IMG/VR virus record: IMGVR_UViG_3300031521_000009
Source: a virus
Length of the DNA: 64,000 bases
Reading direction: 5' to 3' (one strand)
Shown here: positions 36,900 through 48,048 of the stretch, one piece after another
Position numbering within the stretch: position 1 is the first letter of the stretch
How the letters are laid out: each line of letters opens with the position of its first letter
Made by a program: the position numbers and the translations under genes
Notes under the pieces: generated by a model
The model's input: only the letters and a program-made list of their open reading frames with translations
Told to the model about the DNA's origin: nothing
Databases searched by the model: none

Positions 36900-38293
36900 A
36901 AAAAGATAAAGCTGTTGATTTATTCAACCAACCTAAAGTAGTAAAACCGAAGAAAGAAAAGAAACCAAAGAAGTCAGCCGACCGGGACCCTAATGTTACT
37001 CTCAATGAAGAACAAGAAGAAGCCATTCAGCTATTACGTGCTTTTTTGAAATCTGATACTGACTTTGATTTTACTATTGAAGGTAAAGGAGGAACCGGCA
37101 AATCCTTTCTGATTCAAGAGTTATTCAAACGTAAAAAACAGAACTATGATGAATGGTATGTACCAAATACTGTAATTGGTGTATGCGTTACTCACATGGC
37201 ACGTATCAATCTTATGAAGTCAATACCGAATACTACTACCTATGCTTCTGCAGCTAATCTTACAGTAATGTATGATCCTAATGGGACATTGTATTTTGTA
37301 GAGAAGTATGGTGGTAGTCAGTTCTCAGAACTTATGGGATATAAATACATCGTAGTAGATGAATGCTCTATGTTCTCAAAAGGTATGATTGCTATGCTTC
37401 GTAAGTGTTGCTCTAAAACAGCTAAGATTATATGGCTTGGTGATTCTAATCAGTTGCCACCAATTGAAGCTGATGGAGATAATGATAGTCCTACTTTTGA
37501 TTTCAAGAATAAGTATCAACTTACCATTAAAATGCGTCAAAAGAATGAAGATCATATTGCTATTCTCGGTGATAAAATTTGTGAACATATTGCCGGTGAC
37601 AAAGATATTTCTTTTCTTTCTACTATGACTCAGCAATGGGATGCAGCTAAAGGTAAAGGATATTCAATTACAACCATGGACAAGGCCATAGAAAGCTATG
37701 TAAAGAACTTTCAGGCTGGAATGGATATTCGTATCACTGCATACAGAAACAAACGTATAATCGAACACAATAAAGTAATTCGGAATATGCTTTGGGTGGA
37801 GAACTCAAATGAAATGTATGTACCCGGCGAACTTATTGTCATGAATGAACAGTATGCACCACACATGAATATTATTGCGTACAATGGCCAATCATTCCGT
37901 ATTCAAAGTCTGCATGTAGAAATGGTAGAGTTTGTTGAATGCTTTGTCATATCAGTTCCGAAAGTTGGAAGAAAACCAAAATCAAAAGAAACAGTGCAAT
38001 TGCTTGTTCCTACTGAGAATGGTTATCCTCTTTACAAAAATCATTTGGATAAGCTGAAACGTACTGCAATAAAAACGCATGAGTGGTCCGAACACCAAGC
38101 TTTCAAAGGAAAGTTTGCCAATATCTCGTATGGCTATGCTATGAATAACTATAAGATACAAGGTAGTACCATAAAGGGATGCTATGTAGATTTAAGTGAT
38201 ATCATGAGTGTAAAGCCTATCTCAAATAAACGTAAGTTACAAGCCTTTTATGTAGGAGTATCGCGCGCTACTCACTTTTTAGCAATATTTTAA
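36896..38293 (+). CDS. SF1B Dda/RecD-like DNA helicase
   Basis: GKGGTGKS Walker A, VVDECSM, GDSNQLPPI, KIQGST and FYVGVSRA motifs. Confidence 0.9.
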   Translation: MKKDKAVDLFNQPKVVKPKKEKKPKKSADRDPNVTLNEEQEEAIQLLRAFLKSDTDFDFTIEGKGGTGKSFLIQELFKRKKQNYDEWYVPNTVIGVCVTHMARINLMKSIPNTTTYASAANLTVMYDPNGTLYFVEKYGGSQFSELMGYKYIVVDECSMFSKGMIAMLRKCCSKTAKIIWLGDSNQLPPIEADGDNDSPTFDFKNKYQLTIKMRQKNEDHIAILGDKICEHIAGDKDISFLSTMTQQWDAAKGKGYSITTMDKAIESYVKNFQAGMDIRITAYRNKRIIEHNKVIRNMLWVENSNEMYVPGELIVMNEQYAPHMNIIAYNGQSFRIQSLHVEMVEFVECFVISVPKVGRKPKSKETVQLLVPTENGYPLYKNHLDKLKRTAIKTHEWSEHQAFKGKFANISYGYAMNNYKIQGSTIKGCYVDLSDIMSVKPISNKRKLQAFYVGVSRATHFLAIF

Positions 38294-38294
38294 T

Positions 38295-38654
38295 ATGATA
38301 CTAACAACAATTGAGCAAAATAAATATGATATTCTGGTAGATATTCAAAAGAACTTTCCAGCACTTACTTTTCAACATGTCGGTTATGATTATATTGATA
38401 AAAGTAAACTCACTGAAGCAGATAAACAAGCCTGGAAAGAAGTTGAAACTTTATTGCGTAAAGCTATCAAAGGATTTGATTGTTTCAAAAACTTCTGTCA
38501 TACTAAAAAAGGAATATTACAAATCCGATTTGATTATGGTTGGGGCTGGGAACTTGAAAATGGTATTGCTGTACATAGAGGAATATCATTTACCGGTGTT
38601 GGTTATTTAGAGTTACAAGAGTTACTTAATGGATTTAATGAAAACAAAGTATGA
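38295..38654 (+). CDS. Hypothetical protein
   Basis: ORF track; IRFDYGW...SFTGVGY. Confidence 0.6.
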   Translation: MILTTIEQNKYDILVDIQKNFPALTFQHVGYDYIDKSKLTEADKQAWKEVETLLRKAIKGFDCFKNFCHTKKGILQIRFDYGWGWELENGIAVHRGISFTGVGYLELQELLNGFNENKV

Positions 38655-39414
38655 TTATAGCGATATATGATTTTAAAATAAAAGGGTTTCCTGAAATAAT
38701 TGAAGAAGTAATCTGTAGAAAAAGAACACCAATTCATTTTTCTGAAAAAAGGTTTCCTATGTCAGATATTACTCTTGAATTTATTTACGTAGGGTTTTAA
38801 TTAATAATATCATGGCAGAATATAGTGATAAAATGTATTACGAAGATCAACTGAAAAAACTCAAAGACACAAAGACTATAAATGTCTGTTTTGTTGATTA
38901 TCGTGGTGAACGTACCAGTTGGATAATGCTGAATAATGACAGCATAGAAGTATTAATCGAGTTCTTAGAATCTCAAAAAACAAAAACATAAATGATTAAA
39001 ATTGGACTAAAAGCAAATGCTCAATGGTCTTTTGAAGCAATGAATGGCAATACGCTTGGTGGTGAAACTGATACTTCTAAAAATTTTCGAAGTATTATGC
39101 ATCTTAGCCCAGAACAGTTCTTTGATTATAAAGAGCTTCTTGACAAACATGGATGTGATAATATAAAATCACTAACCGAGCTTACAGAGAATCAAAAAAT
39201 TGAGTATAAATGTGACTATATATGTTACATAATTAATAAGTAAAATGAAAAGAACAATAGTTATCATAACCATTGAACACCATACAGAAGGTGAGTTTCA
39301 AACAAAGTTTTCTAATGCTGCAGATTTAATATCTCAAGGGTTTAAAAATGCTGAATATTCCAATGATGAAGATGAAGTAACAATGGAGTTTAAACGATCA
39401 TAAACAGAAGCATA

Positions 39415-39912
39415 ATGGCAAAAATTTGTAAACACGAAACATGTACCATGCCCGTTTTTTCTCACCAATTCTGCAAAAACCATCAGTATTTACGTACTGA
39501 TGATAAAGCACAGAAAGTAAGAACAGCAATAACTATTTCAATCAATACGAAGAGTAAAGCTGTAAAACCTAAGTTTCGGCAGCCGACTGGTGAACTTTCA
39601 ATTTTTAAAGAAGTATGGAATGAACGCCCACATGTTTCAGAACTAAGTGGTGATAAACTATATTTCTTTGATATCAATAATTTTCATCATTTGCTTACTA
39701 AGAAAACATATAAGAAATTTCGGTTGTACAAACCAAATATCATTCTTCTTACAAAGAGTGAACACTTTCAGATACATAATGTAGCTCAAAGTGTGCTTGT
39801 ATCACAAGATAGCAGATGGCAGAAAGTATTTGATAAATATCAACAACTAAAAGAGAATTACAACTATGGCCGAGAAACGGAATTACAACAGAAAACCACC
39901 ATTACCGGCTAA
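39415..39912 (+). CDS. HNH/Ref-like endonuclease
   Basis: VWNERPHVSELSG...FHHLLTK...NIILLTKSEHFQIH. Confidence 0.7.
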   Translation: MAKICKHETCTMPVFSHQFCKNHQYLRTDDKAQKVRTAITISINTKSKAVKPKFRQPTGELSIFKEVWNERPHVSELSGDKLYFFDINNFHHLLTKKTYKKFRLYKPNIILLTKSEHFQIHNVAQSVLVSQDSRWQKVFDKYQQLKENYNYGRETELQQKTTITG

Positions 39913-41371
39913 TGATTTTGGTAAGCTCCCACCGCAAGATATTGAATTTGAAAAAGCAATTCTTTCAACAGTCATTAATTATCCTGATAATTTGGGTTTT
40001 GTGCTTTCTATCATTAAACCTCAATGTCTTTATAAAGTAACGCATCAAAATATACTAGAAACATTAATGGGAATGTCTGAACAAGAGATTCCCATTGATA
40101 ATACTACTCTTGTGCATGCTTTACGTAAAAATGAAATGATTGATGATGTAGGTGGTCCATATGCAATAATAATACTTGCTGGTGAACCTCATTCACAACA
40201 GAACCTGGAATACTATTGCTATGTGATATTTGAAATGTATGTTCGACGTACTATGATTGAACTGTTCTCAAATGAAATCAATAACTTATATAAATACGAT
40301 ATAGATATTAAAGAAATCTATGAACGTGTTTACGAAGAGTTAGAGAAGATATTTGAGAACTTCAATGATAAACAGATTAAGCACATGAAGAACTCGGTTG
40401 ATAAGGCTATTAATGAAATTCAGAACTACTCTAGTGGTAAAGATATTTCATACCTAAGAACTGGGTTTAAATTGCTTGATGAACATGTATATCTTGCTCC
40501 TAAGTTTATCCTTGGTATTGCAGCATCGCGTGGTGCCGGTAAAACCAGATTCCTTATTGAACTTATGCGTTCGATATTTGAAATCAATCCGGAAGATGTA
40601 GCTGCTCTATGGTATTCAATGGAAGATAGCGATACAAAGATTATTAGACTGTTCGCTGCAAAGAAAACAGGACTCACTGAGGCACAAATGCAAGGTAAAG
40701 GGTACAAACTATCCAATGACGAATTAAAGTCCGTTACAGGAGAGATAAACAAGTTTTCTAAGTATGATATAGATTTTGTAAATGAGCAAGAAACAATGTC
40801 AACCATATCGCGAACTTTCAATCGATTCATAAAGAAAAGAGAAAAGAAAGTGTGTTTTCTGATTATTGACAATATCATGCTTATTGATGATTTGTATAAC
40901 AGCCCAGCCGGTTCCAACCAGATTCAAATTGAAGATAAAGTTGCGGCCAGTATTCGTGCTATCGTAAACAATGCCGATAAGAAAGGACATAAAGCTATTG
41001 TGATATTCTTGCACCACATGACAAAAGAAATGGAGAGTAAGAACAATTTCGAAGAAGCATATCGTCCTAAGCTTAGTCATATGAAAGGAACCACTCGTTT
41101 TGCAGATGTTGCTAATGGTATTATTCTATTGAATAATCCGGGCATGCATAAAGACCTTATAAAAAAGCATTCTTCTCTTCCGGATATCAACTGTATCAAT
41201 TCAAATGGTACTTCTATGTTCGTAAAAAGAGAAAAGCTTTTAAAGAATATGCTTATTGCTGAGGTGGCAAAGAATAGAGATGGTGATATGTCTGACGACT
41301 CTAAAGCTGTCCAACGATGGATAGTTGATTTCGGTACTATGAAGTTTAATGAATTAAATACTCAAAAATAA
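39866..41371 (+). CDS. dnaB: Replicative DNA helicase DnaB
   Basis: N-terminal LPPQDIEFEKAILS domain; AASRGAGKT Walker A, YSMED, IIDNI, RPKLSHMKGT and VAKNRDG. Confidence 0.9.
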   Translation: MAEKRNYNRKPPLPANDFGKLPPQDIEFEKAILSTVINYPDNLGFVLSIIKPQCLYKVTHQNILETLMGMSEQEIPIDNTTLVHALRKNEMIDDVGGPYAIIILAGEPHSQQNLEYYCYVIFEMYVRRTMIELFSNEINNLYKYDIDIKEIYERVYEELEKIFENFNDKQIKHMKNSVDKAINEIQNYSSGKDISYLRTGFKLLDEHVYLAPKFILGIAASRGAGKTRFLIELMRSIFEINPEDVAALWYSMEDSDTKIIRLFAAKKTGLTEAQMQGKGYKLSNDELKSVTGEINKFSKYDIDFVNEQETMSTISRTFNRFIKKREKKVCFLIIDNIMLIDDLYNSPAGSNQIQIEDKVAASIRAIVNNADKKGHKAIVIFLHHMTKEMESKNNFEEAYRPKLSHMKGTTRFADVANGIILLNNPGMHKDLIKKHSSLPDINCINSNGTSMFVKREKLLKNMLIAEVAKNRDGDMSDDSKAVQRWIVDFGTMKFNELNTQK

Positions 41372-41789
41372 TGGGAAAATATAAAGTTGAAATAGCATAT
41401 ACATTTTTGTGTGAATTTGAAATTGAGGCTGATACTAAAATTGAAGCTAAAGAATTTGGATTAAAACATTGTGGTGCTGTTCGTCCAGATTATCAATCTA
41501 CAATTACAAGTGAATGGTGTGGTAATAATCATCCAAATACTGAAGTTGTAAAATCAATAAAAAAGATATAATGAGTAAGATTGATGGTAATGTACCAAAA
41601 CGTTTTCCTAACACTAAAAAGGATTACGTAAAGTATCTGAATGAGCTTGGTGAATCTCTTGGTGATGATGAATTTATCATTGCTGGCATAATGCGTAAAA
41701 GAAGAGATAACTATGGACAACTAATTAAAGACAATGATCCGACAGCTTTCAATCTTAGTTACAATGAATGGAAATTAAATCAAAAATAA

Positions 41790-42581
41790 ATGGAAAAAAT
41801 AATTTATTTGAAAAATGGTGAACGTGCAATACTTCATCAAGAATTGGCAATTAATGAATTTGTTGTCGAAAAACTTTATCTATATAATGATCGTCATGAT
41901 GAAGATGGTAGTGGGGAACCGTACGAAGAACCATCAGGAATGAAAATTATTGTAGATAAGATATTTGATACAGCACCAATTCAATCTATTGATAAGTTGT
42001 ATGCTGATAAGTATAAAGCTTTTGAAAAATTGAGTGTATCTGTAAGAACACTTACATCCGAGTTGCAAACTTTACGAAATGATGTTTATAAAGAAAAAGT
42101 TATTCAAACTAACTTATCTAAGTTGATTTTTAATAAATCACAATTAAAAACAGCTAAAACAATTCATTATTTTATTGATGATAAAATCATGCCTGAACTT
42201 ATGACTGATTATGCCAAACAAAGCATGAAAATGACATTAGAAGTATCTGTGTATTCTGATTCAATACGTGCATGGAGTTATAGACTTTATGTAAATGATA
42301 ATTCATGGGGTTCATCAGATAAAGTTGATGATACGTATGGTTTTTTATTTGATCTTACAGATGAAGAATTAGATAAGGCAATTATTGAACGTGTAAAGAC
42401 AAAGCAAGCAAAAGATTTTTATGCTGGTTATTTATCTCAAATTGATAATAAATATCTTACTGATGAACTTATTCAAATTAAAGATAAATTCAAATCAGAC
42501 CAAGTAGAAAAACAAATTGCTGAATGTCGAAAAACTATTGAATTAAAAACAACTGAATTAAATCTTTTATTAGATAAATAA
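41790..42581 (+). CDS. Hypothetical coiled-coil protein
   Basis: 263 aa ORF. Confidence 0.6.
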   Translation: MEKIIYLKNGERAILHQELAINEFVVEKLYLYNDRHDEDGSGEPYEEPSGMKIIVDKIFDTAPIQSIDKLYADKYKAFEKLSVSVRTLTSELQTLRNDVYKEKVIQTNLSKLIFNKSQLKTAKTIHYFIDDKIMPELMTDYAKQSMKMTLEVSVYSDSIRAWSYRLYVNDNSWGSSDKVDDTYGFLFDLTDEELDKAIIERVKTKQAKDFYAGYLSQIDNKYLTDELIQIKDKFKSDQVEKQIAECRKTIELKTTELNLLLDK

Positions 42582-42788
42582 AGAAATGGAAAACGCGTAT
42601 AAAATTGTAGTAAGCAAAGTGTATTACATTACTCACGAAGAAGCACGTCAACGCAAAAACAATAGCGAAACAGAACGTGAATGTGCAAAACGTCTTGCTC
42701 TACGTAATATGGAAGAAGATGGCCGTAATGGGTTCCTAGAACCTTATGAAGATAACTTTAAAGTAGAACTAACATAATAACACAAAGT

Positions 42789-43679
42789 ATGAAAACTTTC
42801 GATTTCAAATCAAACAATGTTCAAGAAATGGAACTTGATGTTCTAAAACAAACTTACCATGAAAAAAACTTCGATGGTAAACCCTCTTTCAATGGTATCT
42901 ATCACTATGAGCTTATTGAACGTATTGGTGCTATAATAGCAAAAAACAATATGGATTTCAATATTGAATCAATCTTTGCCGCTAACAATAAAAAGGCCGG
43001 TCGTGATGGTGTATCAGTATCAAAAGAATTAGAAGCTCAGTATGGAGATAATTCTATTCAAGCGCATGTTCTTCGTCGCGTATTTACTACGATCCGAATT
43101 AATGATTTGGAAGATGATGAAACGAACACCGGTCTTGTCGTTGCATTCCACCAAGATGGCATTCAAATAGCTATTGGTCCTAACGTAAAGATTTGTCATA
43201 ACCAATGTATTTTGGCAGCCGACAGAATGATTTCTACCTATGGTGGAGATGGTAAGATTAAAGACCTGGATAAAGTATTTCAAATCATTGATGATTGGAT
43301 GCAGAACTTCACTGAGCAACGTTCACATGACCAAAAGATAATATCACGTATGAAAGCTATTGAAGTTACGTACAATAATACTATGGCGCTTATTGGCCGG
43401 TTGAATACCATACGTGTTGTAAAGGATTCTTCTGAAAAGTCATTGAAGAAACTTGAAGCAAATGTGGGTAGAAACTACCCTCTCAATCAAACACAGATTT
43501 CTACATTTGTTGAGAACTATCTATTGGAATGTATCAAGCGTGATTCTACCAATATGAGTTTGTGGGATATCTACAATATCTCTACTGAATTGTATAAGCC
43601 AGGTCAAACTGACTTTAGCAATATAATTGGGCAAAACATCGCCTGGAGTGAGTTTTTATCAAAAGAATACAATTTGTAG
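42789..43679 (+). CDS. DUF932-like protein
   Basis: GPNVKICHNQCI and SLWDIYNISTE motifs typical of DUF932/TIGR03299-like proteins. Confidence 0.65.
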   Translation: MKTFDFKSNNVQEMELDVLKQTYHEKNFDGKPSFNGIYHYELIERIGAIIAKNNMDFNIESIFAANNKKAGRDGVSVSKELEAQYGDNSIQAHVLRRVFTTIRINDLEDDETNTGLVVAFHQDGIQIAIGPNVKICHNQCILAADRMISTYGGDGKIKDLDKVFQIIDDWMQNFTEQRSHDQKIISRMKAIEVTYNNTMALIGRLNTIRVVKDSSEKSLKKLEANVGRNYPLNQTQISTFVENYLLECIKRDSTNMSLWDIYNISTELYKPGQTDFSNIIGQNIAWSEFLSKEYNL

Positions 43680-43680
43680 C

Positions 43681-44286
43681 ATGAAAGACGTAAATATTGA
43701 AAATGCTTTTATAGTATTGAAAGGTGATCATATGTCAAATGACATTGAGCTTGGTACTATTTTTCTTGAATGCAAATGTGATCGATACAAATTGAATGTT
43801 CTTTCTTATGAACGTAAATTCAAAGATGGAAATACTATTTTTGAATTAGATGTTGAAAATCCAAATGATTTTGTAGCTGATGTATTTAGAAACAATGAAG
43901 TATCAGTTAGTTATTGGACTAAGAATGCAACCGGCCCATTTATTATCGGTATGATGCCAGTTATTTTATTTGATGGAACTATTCATTATCTTCCATTCAA
44001 TCAATTTGCAGAAGAGAAGCTATATATGGCTCCCGGCAATCATTTATGGATGGCATTGACAATAGTAAAATACAAAAGCTGTACTGCTACTTTTGGTGAA
44101 GGACCTGGTTGGGCGACTATCTACAGTATCGATAGCTATCAAGAAGGACAAGGACATGCTCAGGAGCTACTTATTCAAGCAAAAGCATATTACTCCTTAC
44201 TTGAGAAAGAAATGGCTTCTACAGTAGCTTTAAACTCTACTATGGAACATATCTTGGAAAAACTTTCTATTAAAGAGTACAAATAA
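43681..44286 (+). CDS. Hypothetical protein with C-terminal GNAT-like domain
   Basis: IYSIDSYQEGQGHAQELL resembles GNAT acetyl-CoA motif A. Confidence 0.5.
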   Translation: MKDVNIENAFIVLKGDHMSNDIELGTIFLECKCDRYKLNVLSYERKFKDGNTIFELDVENPNDFVADVFRNNEVSVSYWTKNATGPFIIGMMPVILFDGTIHYLPFNQFAEEKLYMAPGNHLWMALTIVKYKSCTATFGEGPGWATIYSIDSYQEGQGHAQELLIQAKAYYSLLEKEMASTVALNSTMEHILEKLSIKEYK

Positions 44287-44297
44287 TTAGCGAATTG

Positions 44298-44804
44298 TTT
44301 GGTAAACTTATAGAATTGTCTTTTCTTTGTATCGTTATTAATGGTAGATACAAGGACATATAAAAGAAATTAAGGCTATTCTCGGCTATGCTGAAAGCCT
44401 TTGAAACCTCTGACATCGTATCTACCAGGATTTGTCAGGGGTTTCTCTTTTATAGTCTATCGGTGTATAATGTACGTTTGGCTATAATCGTAAATCTTCT
44501 AAAAGGAAATGGTGTGCGATAAGAAGAATGGAGCCAGATTAATCCATGTACCAGTGATACAACACTGAAAGTAATCAAAGTAGAGCATTTGTATTATTAC
44601 TCTGCCCTGAAAGCGAACGACCGACTGCCGGACTGCCTACGCTTAGAAAGGATAACCCTTTCACAACATTTTAATATGGTTGTGGGTAAGGGGTACTTAT
44701 ATCCTTTCTTCTCACTCCCTCCTTTAAAACTGTCTAATTATATACTTATTTAATATATAATATATCTATAAGTATAAGTTTATAATAATATATAATAGTA
44801 TACG
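44298..44804 (+). other. Structured noncoding element (promoter, attenuator-like terminator, multi-stem RNA, AT-rich tract); candidate replication origin
   Basis: TTTG-N20-TTTCTTTG promoter; hairpin 44403-44445; nested stems 44460-44568; hairpin 44645-44709; AT-rich tract 44736-44802. Confidence 0.5.
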
Positions 44805-45470
44805 TTGAAAACTTTTTATTTCTTTACTGATGGTGCATCAGAACCTACAAATCCAGGGCCTTCCGCTAGTGCTTTTTGTGAACTCTCCGATTATCACGAT
44901 AACCGTGAATTATATTCTGAATCTATTTTTCTTGGATATGCTACAAATAATATTGCTGAATTAAAAGCAATAGATATTTTATTTGATTATATCATTCTCA
45001 ATTCTAATAAATATCTTTCTTTAGAAAATATCATTTATGTTTATGCTGACAGTCAATATGCACTTGATTGTATTCGTAAATGGTATCCTGAATGGGTAAG
45101 AAAGAATAAATTGAAAGATAAAAAGAATTTAGAACTAATTAAAAGCATATACATAAAATATATTCAGATAACTGCATTATCAAACATAAAACTTGATTGG
45201 GTAAAAGCTCATAATGGTCATTGGGGTAATGAAAGAGCTGATGAGTTATGCGTAAAACAGTGTTTAGACAATGCAGGAAAGATTATTGTATCTAAAACTA
45301 TGCAATCACCTACTGAACAATTTAATGCTCTTATACGTGAATCAAATATGCTTAATCAATCTATCAATAATAATATAAAGACATTAAAATCTTTGTATGA
45401 AGAAATTGTTGGTGTAAATATAGATGAATACTTAATTCTATCAATGATAAAAGAAAAGAATATATTATGA
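44805..45470 (+). CDS. rnhA: Ribonuclease HI
   Basis: FTDGAS, TNNIAELKA, DSQY and WVKAHNGHWGNERADEL catalytic motifs. Confidence 0.93.
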   Translation: MKTFYFFTDGASEPTNPGPSASAFCELSDYHDNRELYSESIFLGYATNNIAELKAIDILFDYIILNSNKYLSLENIIYVYADSQYALDCIRKWYPEWVRKNKLKDKKNLELIKSIYIKYIQITALSNIKLDWVKAHNGHWGNERADELCVKQCLDNAGKIIVSKTMQSPTEQFNALIRESNMLNQSINNNIKTLKSLYEEIVGVNIDEYLILSMIKEKNIL

Positions 45471-47110
45471 ATGAAATTTCTAAAATTTATTTATCAAAAA
45501 TTATTGCTTCCAATTTAAATCCTAGGAAAGTAATAGATCAAAACTCTATAATTGAGTTAGCACAAAGTATTAAATCAGTAGGATTATTGCAACCTATTAC
45601 TGTACGACTTCTTACAGAAGATAATCATTATGAAATTATAATGGGATATCGTCGATTTTGTGCATGTAAATATCTTGAAATGGAAACAATGCCATGTATC
45701 ATTGTAGAAATGAATGATGAAGAAGCACTGGATGCAATGATCATTGAGAACTTACAACGCCAGAATATCGAACCTATGGATGAAGCGCGGGCATTTGCTG
45801 ACCTAAATAACAAAGGTTGGACATTTGCTGATATTGCTGTAAAAGTTGGTAAGCCGGTTCAATTTGTAATGCATAGAATACGTTTACTTGAGCTTATTGC
45901 TGAGTTTGTAAAAATGTTTGATGAAAATGAATTATCTATTTCTCATGCTTATGAATTATGTAAGCTTGACAAAGATGTTCAGTTAGATATTTTCAAAACT
46001 CGTTACAGTGAAACAGCTGGTGATTACTATCGGTGGAATGACCTTAATCTAAAAGATTTGAAATCGAAAATACAAAATCTTGCAAAGAACTTAGACAATG
46101 CTTCTTTTAGCTTAGCTGAGTGTATTACTTGTCAGTTTTGTACTTCTAGTCATGGTTCTTTATTCCCGGACTACAAAATCAATTCTTGTACTAATGGCTT
46201 CTGTTATGATGAAAAAAGCTTTGAACATGGTATGAACAATATCATTCTTGCACATGAAGAAGATACTACTATTATGATTCGTTCATTAGGTACAAGTAAT
46301 CGAGTTCTTGATAAGCTGAAAGAATTGAATATACCAGTTGTAGTGTTCAGTACCGATGAATACGATTTTGAGCATGATAATAGCGATGATCTATCCTTTC
46401 ATGATAAAATGGTCAAGAAAGGATTTGAACTCGTGTATGGGCTTGATATATGGTCTGGTGGTGATAAGATATTCTATGTAAAAGCAAAGATTACCAAAAA
46501 AGATATCGCTGCTGCAGGAACAGTTCATCCGGAACTTGTAAAGCTTGACAAAGACCTTGTTCGTAAAGAGGAAATCAAAGAGGAAAAGATTAATGCTGAT
46601 CTTAGAAGTCTTATTTCCAGTAGTGATTATCGTGAGATAAGTACACCACTTCTTCCTATCGAAGAAACTGCTTTTATGGCTGTAGTATTCTATATGGCTT
46701 CCAATAGTAAATTAAAAGAGATAAGAGCAAAATTCAAGAAAGATTTGTCTTACATGGAAAACATACAAAACATGTTGCCCGAGGATATTATTACATTGAA
46801 ACGGTGCTTTATAAAACAATGTATTGTTGGAACAGAAGTAACTCATGATGCCGATGTTCAGAATATCCTTTCATCTATTTCGAATGTATTCTATTCAGAT
46901 AAGTTTGGGGAGATTGTCAAAGAACATACGGCCACATGTAACAAACGTAAAGATCGTATTGCTATTCGTAAACAAGTTATTCTTGATGAAATTAATCCGG
47001 TAAAGAAAGAAGTTGTTGAGAAAGAAAAGAAAGTACCTACAAAAGAAAAAGAAGTGCCGGTTGTAGTAGAAGAAAATGAATATGTCAAATTTGGTAACAT
47101 AGGAGAATAA
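45467..47110 (+). CDS. parB: ParB/Spo0J-family protein with long C-terminal extension
   Basis: NPRK...ELAQSIKSVGLLQPITVR...GYRRF...IIENLQR, followed by an HTH. Confidence 0.88.
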   Translation: MNEISKIYLSKIIASNLNPRKVIDQNSIIELAQSIKSVGLLQPITVRLLTEDNHYEIIMGYRRFCACKYLEMETMPCIIVEMNDEEALDAMIIENLQRQNIEPMDEARAFADLNNKGWTFADIAVKVGKPVQFVMHRIRLLELIAEFVKMFDENELSISHAYELCKLDKDVQLDIFKTRYSETAGDYYRWNDLNLKDLKSKIQNLAKNLDNASFSLAECITCQFCTSSHGSLFPDYKINSCTNGFCYDEKSFEHGMNNIILAHEEDTTIMIRSLGTSNRVLDKLKELNIPVVVFSTDEYDFEHDNSDDLSFHDKMVKKGFELVYGLDIWSGGDKIFYVKAKITKKDIAAAGTVHPELVKLDKDLVRKEEIKEEKINADLRSLISSSDYREISTPLLPIEETAFMAVVFYMASNSKLKEIRAKFKKDLSYMENIQNMLPEDIITLKRCFIKQCIVGTEVTHDADVQNILSSISNVFYSDKFGEIVKEHTATCNKRKDRIAIRKQVILDEINPVKKEVVEKEKKVPTKEKEVPVVVEENEYVKFGNIGE

Positions 47111-47841
47111 TGTCAAAACAAAGAATTTTATCAGAATGTACAGTAGTACAAAATCGCGTATATCTACCGGAAGAACAAATCGACCGTAAGCTTTATATGG
47201 AAGTTGCAAAAGCTTTAGAACTTATCGGTGGTAAATGGACTGGTGGTAAAGTAAAGGCTTTTGTATTTGCTGAGGATCCAACAGATTTATTGGCAGAGAT
47301 AGCCAGTGGTGAAAAACGGAACCTAAAGAAAGAACATCAATTCTTTGGTACTCCACCGGAACTTGCTGACAGACTTGTAGAGCTTGCTCAATTAAACAAC
47401 TATGACCGTGTTCTAGAGCCTAGTGCCGGACAAGGTGCTATCGTTGAAGCAATGCAACGCAAATGGCATAATATCGTGCCTACATGTGTTGAGAATATGG
47501 GACTCAATTCTATTATTCTTACAAAGAAACAGATTACTCATTTCTTTCAAGACTTTCTTACTTCAGAATGTAATAGACCATTTGATAAGGTAATCGCTAA
47601 TCCACCATTCACAAAGAATCAGGATATTGATCATATCTATAAAATGGTTGAAGTCTGTAAGCCCGGTGGAATAGTAGTATCATGTGTTTCTAATCATTGG
47701 AGAGAATCAAATAATAAGAAAGAAACTGAGTTCAGAGCTTTTCTTGATGGTATGGGTGCTGTTATTGAAGAAATACCAGCTGGTACCTTTAAAGAAAGTG
47801 GAACTATGATTGCAGCATGTATCGCAATCATTCATGTATGA
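47110..47841 (+). CDS. SAM-dependent (N6-adenine-type) DNA methyltransferase
   Basis: QFFGTP, VLEPSAGQGA, IANPPF and GTFKESGT motifs. Confidence 0.85.
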   Translation: MSKQRILSECTVVQNRVYLPEEQIDRKLYMEVAKALELIGGKWTGGKVKAFVFAEDPTDLLAEIASGEKRNLKKEHQFFGTPPELADRLVELAQLNNYDRVLEPSAGQGAIVEAMQRKWHNIVPTCVENMGLNSIILTKKQITHFFQDFLTSECNRPFDKVIANPPFTKNQDIDHIYKMVEVCKPGGIVVSCVSNHWRESNNKKETEFRAFLDGMGAVIEEIPAGTFKESGTMIAACIAIIHV

Positions 47842-48048
47842 CAAACGATAGTACCTTGAATAATGACCTATTTGCTATGTTTCAAGAGCAAGATGCCCTT
47901 GAATTTAGTAGATGGGTCAATTCAGTAGAGAAGCATGTAAGTAAGATTAAAACGAAGCTATGCAAGTCATGCAACAAAAACAAATTAGAAGTAGTAAACA
48001 TGCATAAAGCAGAATGTACAAATTGTCAAACATTAAACTCATTTTAAA

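Noticed and set aside
44460-44710. Group I intron or known riboswitch
   Set aside because: It does not interrupt a gene and I could not identify P7 or aptamer consensus motifs; kept as an unknown structured element
45467-47110. Complete ParABS partition system or PRTRC system
   Set aside because: No ParA ATPase, parS array or ThiF/JAB partners are visible
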